Assembly: GCA_963775425.1 (NCBI GenBank)
Contig: CAVZJB010000010.1
Coordinates: 1-64,000, forward strand
Length of the DNA: 64,000 nucleotides
From: an uncultured delta proteobacterium
GTDB lineage: Bacteria; Myxococcota; UBA727; VGSZ01
Direction: 5' to 3'
Shown here: one piece after another, positions 56,636-64,000 of the stretch
Layout of the letters: each line of letters begins with the position of its first letter
How positions within the stretch are numbered: position 1 is the stretch's first letter
The notes under the pieces: model-generated
Seen by the model: the letters and a program-made list of their open reading frames with translations, nothing else
The model's database searches: none
Told to the model about the DNA's origin: nothing
Made by a program: the position numbers and the translations under genes

Positions 56636-58218
56636 CGCGGCGGGGTCCAGGTCGGCGTGTGGCGCGGGAGGACGGGCACGGCGTCGTCGCCGCGGCCGCA
56701 CCAGTAGATCCACGTGCCGGGCAGCGCGCGCTTGATGTGGCGCGCACAGCCCTCTGTCATCCGTGCCTCCGTGAAGCGCGCCGTGCTCCACTTGCCGTCG
56801 ACGACCCAGAAGCTGTCGGGTCCGGCCATGATGTCGGTCAGGAGCTTCTGCCACCCGGGGTCGCGCCCGACGCTGCAGCGCAGCTCGACCGGCGGCTGCA
56901 GGATCGCCTGCAGCTCCTCCTTGGCCGTCGCGTGGTACTTCCTGTAGTAGCTGAGCACGCTGCACGCCTGACCGTCGAGCGCGATGGTGACGTCGTGATC
57001 GGGCGTCCCGACGGCGCCATGGACCAAGCGCATCGCGCGGAGCACCGAAGCCCTGCGCGAGAGGGTGCCGGGGCCTTTGCAGCGGAATTCCTCGAGCTGG
57101 ACGGGCGCCGCCTGCGCCAGGACCAGCGCCGTGACGACGACGACGGCGCCCGCGCTGCCACGGCGCCGGCGCACGAGGGCGTCGACGGCGTTCAGCCCGA
57201 AGGCGGCGAGCGCCAACGCGTAGACCAGCATGAACAGGTTGGTGCGGAACACGCCGTACGGCCACTGCCCCGCCATGTTGAAGACGAGGAAGACGCCCCA
57301 CGGCAGCGCGAACAACAGGGGCCACAGCGACGCCGGGCGCCCACGGCGCACGCCTGCCAGCAAGGCGCCGAGGCCGACGAGGCCGAGCACGATCGAAAAC
57401 GGCTCGACCCGCGGCTGCATCCCCCACCACAGGCGCAGCCCGCCCGGGAACGAGAGCAGGTGCGCGGTCTTTCGCACGGTCCACCAGACGTGACCGAGGA
57501 AGCTCTTACCGACGTAGAACACGCCATAGGCGTGGCCCCAGTACGCGGGGTGCGGGTCCGCATCGCGCAGCCGGAGCGCGAAGACCACGGCGAGCGCGGC
57601 GAGCGTGGCGACGACGCCGGCCACGGCCACGCCGACGTCGACGCGCCGCTTCTCCTTGAGCGCGTGCCAGCCCACCGCGAGGAACAACCCCGGATAGAGG
57701 AACACCGTGCTCCACGAAAACGGCGGCGACATCGCCGCCAGCAGCGCGAGGCCGACGAGCGTGATCGTGCGCGGGCGCAGGAGGTAGCTCACCGCCAGGA
57801 GCAACAGCGCCGTGTGCAGGCAGGACTCGAGCGCGTAGGGCTTGAACTCCTTCGCGAAGGCGACCGCCGCCGGGTGAACGGCGAGCGCGAACGTCGCCGC
57901 GACGGCGATCCACGGCTGCACCACGCGCCGCAGCAACAGGAAGAACAGCGGCAACTGCAAGAGCGCCGCCGCCATCGAGAGAGCGCGCAGCGTGACCTCG
58001 GTGTTGTGCACCGAGATGATGACGCGGGTGAGCCACATGTAGCCCGGCGGGCGGATCCACCCGACCTGGCCCTCGACGAGCTTGTTGGCCCACCACGCCT
58101 CGTCGGCCCACAGCTCGCAGCTCGACATGCCGCGCAGCCGCAGGAACGCGCCCAGCGCGATGACGACGAGCGCGGCCGCGGCGACGGGAGACAGGGGCCA
58201 GCGCGCGCGCGCGGACAT
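56632..58218 (-). CDS. GT-C fold membrane glycosyltransferase (PMT/ArnT-like)
   Basis: FLRL...LWADE, PPGY, multiple TMs, KEFKPY. Confidence 0.85.
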   Translation of the reverse strand: MSARARWPLSPVAAAALVVIALGAFLRLRGMSSCELWADEAWWANKLVEGQVGWIRPPGYMWLTRVIISVHNTEVTLRALSMAAALLQLPLFFLLLRRVVQPWIAVAATFALAVHPAAVAFAKEFKPYALESCLHTALLLLAVSYLLRPRTITLVGLALLAAMSPPFSWSTVFLYPGLFLAVGWHALKEKRRVDVGVAVAGVVATLAALAVVFALRLRDADPHPAYWGHAYGVFYVGKSFLGHVWWTVRKTAHLLSFPGGLRLWWGMQPRVEPFSIVLGLVGLGALLAGVRRGRPASLWPLLFALPWGVFLVFNMAGQWPYGVFRTNLFMLVYALALAAFGLNAVDALVRRRRGSAGAVVVVTALVLAQAAPVQLEEFRCKGPGTLSRRASVLRAMRLVHGAVGTPDHDVTIALDGQACSVLSYYRKYHATAKEELQAILQPPVELRCSVGRDPGWQKLLTDIMAGPDSFWVVDGKWSTARFTEARMTEGCARHIKRALPGTWIYWCGRGDDAVPVLPRHTPTWTPPR

Positions 58219-58224
58219 GGCCGC

Positions 58225-58959
58225 TCACTCCCCGTTCGCGGGCTTTTGGGCGACGGCGACGACGCCGAGCGGCAGCAGATGCCCCCGATCGACGCTGCCG
58301 TCGATGCGCGGCAACAGCATGGCCCACGGCGCGTTGGCGGCCAGGGCCACGGCGCCGACCCCGGGCAGCCCGATGGTGGCGCCGAGCGCCAGGACGCTCA
58401 CCTGGTGATGCAGGAGCGACAAGATGCCGCCGTACGTCGACAGCGCGAGCACGTCGAAGCCGGCGCGCTCGAGCAGCGCGCGCACGCCCTCCTGGGTGTA
58501 GCGGAAGTAGTCGTGCGGCAGCTCGTGGCGGCGCGCGAGGTGCGGGACGGACAACAACAGCTTTCCGCCGGGGCGGAGCTTGCGTTTCATCTGCGCGAGC
58601 GCGCGCTCTGGCTCGGGGACGTGCTCGAGCACCTGGCTGCAGTAGAGCGTGTCGTAGGCGTCGTCCTCGACGGCGCTCATGTCGAGCACGTCGCCTTCGT
58701 GGGTGGGCCGAAACGTGCCGCGCGGCGCGCGCTCGAGGGACTCGTAGCGGACGCCGGCGGCCTCGAGCACCTTCTGCCAGCCGCCGCGGCCGGCGCCGAC
58801 GTCGAGGGTGCGGCCCGCGGCGTGCGCGCGGATCATCTCGACGCAGCACCGGTAGTGGCTGTACGTGCCGGCGGAGAACCAGCGGTTCCAGCGGTCGTCC
58901 ACATGGGGGTGCCGATCCAGGAAGCGTTCGCGTGCGTTCTTCAGCGCCTGCACATGCAC
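58225..58959 (-). CDS. Class I SAM-dependent methyltransferase
   Basis: LDVGAG, SQVLEHVPEP, LRPGG, HELPHDYFRYT. Confidence 0.9.
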   Translation of the reverse strand: MHVQALKNARERFLDRHPHVDDRWNRWFSAGTYSHYRCCVEMIRAHAAGRTLDVGAGRGGWQKVLEAAGVRYESLERAPRGTFRPTHEGDVLDMSAVEDDAYDTLYCSQVLEHVPEPERALAQMKRKLRPGGKLLLSVPHLARRHELPHDYFRYTQEGVRALLERAGFDVLALSTYGGILSLLHHQVSVLALGATIGLPGVGAVALAANAPWAMLLPRIDGSVDRGHLLPLGVVAVAQKPANGE

Positions 58960-58966
58960 CTCCCGC

Positions 58967-59734
58967 TCACAGCCGGACGAGCGCCAGCGAGCCCGCCGAC
59001 GGATCTCGGCGGAGGGGGATCTCCGCCTTCTTGAGGAAGTCGTCGGTGGCCTTTCGGCAACCGGACCAGTCGAAGTAGTCGTCGAGGACGATGGCGCCGC
59101 CCGGCGACAGGCGCGGGGCGATGCGCTCGAGGCAGGTCATCACGGGGTCGTACCAGTCGACGTCGATGTGGGCGAGGCTGACGGGCTCGTCGACGACGAG
59201 CGTGTCCTGCACGAGGCCCGCGTGCATCTCGATGCCGTGGGCCTCCGGCGGCGCGAAGCCGTAGCGCTCGAAGCTCCTGCGCACGCGCTGGAAGAGGTCC
59301 GTCTCGTAGCCGTAGTAGCGCTGGCCCTTGAGGCCGCGCGACTTGCCCGACGCGATGACCTGGTACCGGTCATGGACGTCTTGATCGTCCTTGGCGCCGG
59401 GCGGCGGGATCATGCCGAACACGTCGTAGACGCGCAGCGGGCGGCTCCGCGCCTTGGCGGACGCGAGCAGGATGGCGGAGCCGCCGAGGGCGCACCCCGC
59501 TTCGATGACGACGCCCGGTATGGACTCTTCCTCGACGCGGCGCAGCGCGTGGCCGAGCTTGTCGAGCTTGGCGGACGACAGGTACGTGAGGCCGTCGGCG
59601 CGAACGCGGCGGGCGACGCCGGCGAGATCGGGAGGGAGCGTGCTCTTGTAGAACAGCTCGTTGATGCGGCCGACGATGCGCCTCGCGCGGATGACGCGAC
59701 GTCGGACGCGGGCGCGCACGCCGAAGGACAGCAT
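58967..59734 (-). CDS. TylF/MycF/NovP-family O-methyltransferase
   Basis: GVVIEAGCALGGS, YDVFGM, HIDVDWY, LDDYFDWSGC. Confidence 0.9.
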   Translation of the reverse strand: MLSFGVRARVRRRVIRARRIVGRINELFYKSTLPPDLAGVARRVRADGLTYLSSAKLDKLGHALRRVEEESIPGVVIEAGCALGGSAILLASAKARSRPLRVYDVFGMIPPPGAKDDQDVHDRYQVIASGKSRGLKGQRYYGYETDLFQRVRRSFERYGFAPPEAHGIEMHAGLVQDTLVVDEPVSLAHIDVDWYDPVMTCLERIAPRLSPGGAIVLDDYFDWSGCRKATDDFLKKAEIPLRRDPSAGSLALVRL

Positions 59735-59738
59735 GGCG

Positions 59739-60752
59739 TCAGACGAGCCCGCGGCGCTTGAGCCAGGCCCAGGAGCCGCCGCCGCCGAGGAAGGAGAAGG
59801 ACAGGCTGACGACGCGGTCGATGGTGACCGCCGCGAGGACCTGGGCGTAGTTGAGCCCGGCGGCGACGCCGATGGCGGTGCCGACGAGCTCGCGGACGCC
59901 GAGGCCGCCGGGCGTGAGGTTGACGGGCGCCGTGACGAGGATGGCCGCCGCGAGCAACAGGGCCTCGAGGAGGTGCACGGGCATGGACAGCGCGTGGAAG
60001 CACACGGTGAAGCGCAGCCCGAGGAGGATGGGCGTGGACATCGACGTGGCCACGAGCACGAGCAGGGCCCGCTTGTTCGCCTTGATGTCGTTCCAGCCGC
60101 TGACGAGGTCGTGGACGCGCCGCGCGAAGAAGCTCTGACCGAGGGGCACGCGCTGCAGCGGGAGCACCATGAAGACGACGGCGGCGGCGACGACGACGGC
60201 GAACGCGACGACCGCGGTGGTGCGCACCTGTCCGGCCACCGCCGGGACGAGCGGCAACAGCAGCAGGCCGAGCACGCCGCCGGTGCCCACGGCGAGCACC
60301 ACCAAGGAGGTCATGACGGCGACGTAGCGCGTGTACGAGAGCGCGCGGTGCCTCTTGAGCACGCGCGCGCGGAGCAGCGTGCCGGCCTGCATCGGCAGGT
60401 AGTTGAGCAGCGTGGCCGCCTGCGTCAGCGCCATGGACTCGGTGAAGCCGACGCGCACCCCGAGGCTCCTCGTCACGGTGCTCAGCTCGATGCCACGGAT
60501 GGGCGCAGCCGCCGCGCACAACGCCAACATCAGGCTCACGTCGAGCAGGTCGAGGTCGATGACCTGCGCGAGCTCGCCGCGGCGCCGATAGAGCGCCCAG
60601 CCGATGCCGACCACGAGCAGGAGCTCCACCAGGACCGTGAGCGCGCGCTTCCACGCGGCACGCGGGCGCGCGTTGCTCCCCGAGGGCGCGGCAGCGCTGC
60701 CGGGGTTCGCGCCCGCGCTCTCCGCCTCCGACGGTGCCTCCGGCCCGCTCAT
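59739..60752 (-). CDS. Flippase-like (LPG-synthase TM / YbhN-like) membrane protein
   Basis: LNYLP..AG..R, TPGGLGVRE, IDR; polytopic. Confidence 0.88.
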   Translation of the reverse strand: MSGPEAPSEAESAGANPGSAAAPSGSNARPRAAWKRALTVLVELLLVVGIGWALYRRRGELAQVIDLDLLDVSLMLALCAAAAPIRGIELSTVTRSLGVRVGFTESMALTQAATLLNYLPMQAGTLLRARVLKRHRALSYTRYVAVMTSLVVLAVGTGGVLGLLLLPLVPAVAGQVRTTAVVAFAVVVAAAVVFMVLPLQRVPLGQSFFARRVHDLVSGWNDIKANKRALLVLVATSMSTPILLGLRFTVCFHALSMPVHLLEALLLAAAILVTAPVNLTPGGLGVRELVGTAIGVAAGLNYAQVLAAVTIDRVVSLSFSFLGGGGSWAWLKRRGLV

Positions 60753-60850
60753 GGACCGTCGATGGCAGAGCGTGGCGAGGAGGACAACTGCGGGCCGCCG
60801 GCGGCGCCGTTGTCGTTGACGGCCCAGCAGGCCGCTGGGAGGCTGGGCGC

Positions 60851-62593
60851 GTGACGGCGCGCGCCAACGCCCCCGTTCCTGTCATCGTCCCCGCGACGGT
60901 GGGCCTCGCGGCCGTCGTGGCCCTGGTCGCCCGCGCCCGGCTCGCCGCCACGCTCAACGGGCACTGGGACGAATACAACTTCCTGCGCTTCGTCTACGAG
61001 GCCGCGCGTGGCGAGCTGAGCACGCGGCTGCAGACGTTCCACGTGCACCTCTTCGGGTGGCTCACCCACGTGCGCGGCACCGAGCTCGATCGAATCCTGG
61101 CCGCGCGCCACGCCGTCTTCGCCCTGCAGCTCGCCGGCGCGGCGGCGCTCGTGTGGCTCGGCCGCCGCCTGTTGTCGACGACGGCGGGCCTGTATGCGGT
61201 GCTCCTCACGTCGAGCTTCTCGTTCGTCCTGCGGCACGGGACCGAGTTTCGCTACGACGGCATCCTCTCGCCCCTCTTTCTCGTCGCGAGCGCGCTGATC
61301 ATCGAAGCGGCGACCGGAGCGAGCGGCCGCGCGGGATCTCGCGTGCGCTTGCTTCTGGCCGGCGCGCTCACGGGCCTCTCGCTGCTCGTCTCCGTCAAGG
61401 CGGCGTTCTTCCTTCCGACGCTTGGGCTGCTCGCCGTCCTCCACCCGGCGGCGGACGAGCCGCCTCGCCTCGACCTCGCGCGCCAAAGCCCGTTGCGCTC
61501 GCTGCTCGTGTTCGCGGCCGGCCTCGTCGTCGTCGCGGGCGCCCTGTATGCGTTCCACGCCGCGTCGCTGGCGCCAGCGCCGGTGGACCGCGAGGCGTGG
61601 GTGGACCGCATGGCGACGACGATGATCGTCCCGCGCGGTCACTTCTTCCCACGCTGGAGGGCCACCATCCCGTCCTTCCGCTTCGACGTCGCGGCGTGGT
61701 CGTTGTTGGCCATCGGCTTCGTCGTCGTCGTCGCGCGCGCCGTGATGGAGCGCGGCGTCGAACGAAGGCGCGCCCTCAGCGTGCTGGCGCTCGCGCTGCC
61801 CATCTTCACCGTGCTCGTGTACCGAAACGCGTGGCCCTACTTCTGGGTCACCATCCTGCCCGGCGCCTCGCTCCTCGCCGGGGCCGTCGTGGACGTCGTC
61901 ACCCGGCGGCTCGAGGGACGGCGCGTCGCGCTCGCCCTCGCCGTCGCCGCGCTGGTGGCGCCGCTTCTGTGGAACCTCGAGCGCTTCGTGGCGAGCAACG
62001 GCGACGACGAAAACGAGGCCCAGCGCTCCGTGCTCGCCGCCGTCCACGAGGTGTTCCCCACGCCTGTGCGCTACGTGGATCGCTGCGGCATGGTCTCGTC
62101 GTTCCCGAAGGTGGGCCCGTTCATGAGCACGCTGTCGGTGGCGCGGTACCGCAAGGCGAAGGTGTTCCAGGAGCTGCTCGACGAGACGCCGCCGGTGTTC
62201 GTCCTCGCCAACATCCGCGCGCTGGACCTGTCGCGCTCGGCGCACATGAAGAACCGCTATCACCTCGACCCCGACGACTTCCTGGCGCTGCGGGCGCGCT
62301 ACGTCCATCACTGGGGGCCTCTGTGGGTCGCCGGCGCCCACGTCGACGCCGGCGCCGTCGGCCCCGTCGAGATCGCGCTGCCGATCACGGGCGCGTACAC
62401 CGTGGAGGCCCAGGCGCCCGTCACCGTCGACGGCGCCCCTCACACCCCCGGCGACGTCGTCACCCTGGCGGCGGGGGCGCACACGCTCGAGGCCACCGGC
62501 GGCGCCGTCACGCTGCGCTTCGGCGATCACCTGCGCGTCCCGGCCGCCGCGCCCAGCAGGGCGCCGCTGTTTCGCAGCGGCTTCTCGCGCTGA
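60851..62593 (+). CDS. Polytopic GT-C-like membrane protein
   Basis: HWDE after TM1, EFRYD, NAWPYF; many TMs plus a soluble C-terminus. Confidence 0.8.
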   Translation: MTARANAPVPVIVPATVGLAAVVALVARARLAATLNGHWDEYNFLRFVYEAARGELSTRLQTFHVHLFGWLTHVRGTELDRILAARHAVFALQLAGAAALVWLGRRLLSTTAGLYAVLLTSSFSFVLRHGTEFRYDGILSPLFLVASALIIEAATGASGRAGSRVRLLLAGALTGLSLLVSVKAAFFLPTLGLLAVLHPAADEPPRLDLARQSPLRSLLVFAAGLVVVAGALYAFHAASLAPAPVDREAWVDRMATTMIVPRGHFFPRWRATIPSFRFDVAAWSLLAIGFVVVVARAVMERGVERRRALSVLALALPIFTVLVYRNAWPYFWVTILPGASLLAGAVVDVVTRRLEGRRVALALAVAALVAPLLWNLERFVASNGDDENEAQRSVLAAVHEVFPTPVRYVDRCGMVSSFPKVGPFMSTLSVARYRKAKVFQELLDETPPVFVLANIRALDLSRSAHMKNRYHLDPDDFLALRARYVHHWGPLWVAGAHVDAGAVGPVEIALPITGAYTVEAQAPVTVDGAPHTPGDVVTLAAGAHTLEATGGAVTLRFGDHLRVPAAAPSRAPLFRSGFSR

Positions 62594-62656
62594 TGCATTC
62601 GCGCGTTGACCTCTACGCCGGTTGATTGTTTGATCGCGGCGATTGCGGGGGACTCC

Positions 62657-63643
62657 ATGAGGATCGCAATGTCGTGCGCGCTCGCCTGCACCGTCATCGC
62701 GTCGGCGTGCATTCAATCGTCCGGGTTCGAGCCGCCGCCGCCGGCGGAGAACGTCATTGCCGTGGACGGCGGCGGGCCCCAGGACTTCGACTTCACGTCG
62801 GCGACCGTCAAGCCCGACGGCAGCGAGTACGTCGACGGCCGGCGGGTGCTCCTGCAGGCGGGCCTCGGGCAGCTCGTCATCGTCATTCAGGTGGGCTCGC
62901 TCGACGCCGCGGCCCAGGCCGTCGAGCCCTTCGGCGCCGCCAGCGTGCTCGCCACCGACGGCCCGGACGCGGCCACGTCGTACGTCGGCGTCAGCGGCAC
63001 GCTCACGGTGCACGCCGATGACGCGGCCCCCGGCTCGCGCATCTCGGTGGATCTGACCGACGTCACGCTGCAGCAGGCCTGCGACGGCAGCACCCGGGTG
63101 ATCGCGCACGCCAACATCACCGCCAAGGCCGTCGTGGAGACCCTGCCCGACGGCCTGGTCGGCGTCGGCGGCTTCTTCCGCGCCGACGAGGTCGCCGGCG
63201 GTTTCTACGATCCGTTCCCCTACATCGGCCTCGCCCACACCACCGTCGTCAACAACGCGCAGGGCGTCCCGCTGTACGACGCGGGGACCGACGAGGCGTG
63301 CATCGCGTTGAACCCGCGGCCGAGCTTCCACGACTTCGCGATCGCCGTGGACCCCGGCGAGGTGCCCGCGGGCGGCGGCGACATCAACCTCGCGAACGCG
63401 CCGCACACCCGCGTGCTCGTGAGCGAGGTCTCGCCCACCGGCGCCACCGTCCACTTCGCCCGCGCCGTGCAGGGCACCCTCCACGTCGACGGCGACGTCA
63501 CGCTCGACGACGGCGCCGTCATGACCGCCACGCTTAGCGACCTGAGCTTCCGCTACGAGGCCGGCAACACCTTCACGAACGACCCGCCGCTCACCGTCGC
63601 CGCCGCGACCCTCAAGGCCATCCTCGGCAAGCCCGCCCCATGA
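62657..63643 (+). CDS. Lipoprotein with two internally repeated beta domains
   Basis: Lipobox IASAC; VSGTLTVH...ISVDLTDVTL vs VQGTLHV...MTATLSDLSF. Confidence 0.75.
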   Translation: MRIAMSCALACTVIASACIQSSGFEPPPPAENVIAVDGGGPQDFDFTSATVKPDGSEYVDGRRVLLQAGLGQLVIVIQVGSLDAAAQAVEPFGAASVLATDGPDAATSYVGVSGTLTVHADDAAPGSRISVDLTDVTLQQACDGSTRVIAHANITAKAVVETLPDGLVGVGGFFRADEVAGGFYDPFPYIGLAHTTVVNNAQGVPLYDAGTDEACIALNPRPSFHDFAIAVDPGEVPAGGGDINLANAPHTRVLVSEVSPTGATVHFARAVQGTLHVDGDVTLDDGAVMTATLSDLSFRYEAGNTFTNDPPLTVAAATLKAILGKPAP

Positions 63644-64000
63644 GCGCGCTGGTCCCGCTCCTGCTCGCCCTGGCCGTCGCCGCCCCCGCCCCCGCGCCGC
63701 CCGCCGGCGACGCCGGCAACGCCAAGCGCATCGCCGTCGCCGCCTTTCGCGCCGAGGGAGGCGCGTCCCAGGAGCTCGCGGGCAGCGTCGCCGACGTGCT
63801 CGCCGTGGAGCTCGAGAAGTTCCAGGGCGTCGAGCTGCTCACCCGCAACGACGTGCGCGCGGTGCTCTCGCGCGAAGCGGAGAACCAGCTCCTCGGCTGC
63901 GACGATCCGCGCTGCTACGTCGACGTCACGCGCCTGCTCCCCACGCGCCGCCTGCTCACGGGCACGGTGAACAAGATCGGCAGCGCGCTCGTGGTGGAGG
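63640..64000 (+). CDS. Secreted TolB-N/CsgG-like fold protein (3' truncated), paralog of 9699-10475
   Basis: MSALVPLLLALAVAA...IAVAAF...LLGCDDPRC...LLTGTVNKIGS; ATGA overlap; missing from the ORF track because it runs off the window. Confidence 0.8.
   Translation, partial: MSALVPLLLALAVAAPAPAPPAGDAGNAKRIAVAAFRAEGGASQELAGSVADVLAVELEKFQGVELLTRNDVRAVLSREAENQLLGCDDPRCYVDVTRLLPTRRLLTGTVNKIGSALVVE

Overview
Very GC-rich (about 70%+ by eye) bacterial DNA with a Myxococcota-like gene repertoire: three Hanks-type Ser/Thr kinases, an FHA-sigma54 activator, an FrzS/AglZ-like protein, MYXO-CTERM-like tails and poly-(Gly-Glu) surface proteins. The taxonomy is inferred, not proven. From left to right the window contains: the 3' end of an IS21-family element; many secreted proteins and lipoproteins; an rbfA-like/rtcB pair behind a structured leader with a uORF; tal/tkt; a divergent signalling cassette; a repeat-rich island with two four-helix-bundle genes next to tRNA-Arg(UCU); a yidD/arsS/Rieske/DedA/kinase run; a LysR-F420-oxidoreductase pair; and a surface-glycan cluster. 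Three loci are the best candidates for an undescribed system. (1) 26928-31487: a polytopic sensor kinase, a canonical and a pseudo response regulator, a small orphan protein and a fused DDxxD prenyl-enzyme/methyltransferase, with a shared GCAAG-N4-CTTGC palindrome. This resembles an isoprenoid-based autoinducer circuit. (2) 31516-33497: paired four-helix-bundle genes with RBS-sequestering structures, flanking heptamer direct repeats, GTAG REP doublets and repeated copies of the tRNA 3' end. (3) 12768-14554: an RbfA-like + RtcB RNA-repair module apparently controlled by a leader peptide. All product calls come from motif recognition by eye; no database searches were run.
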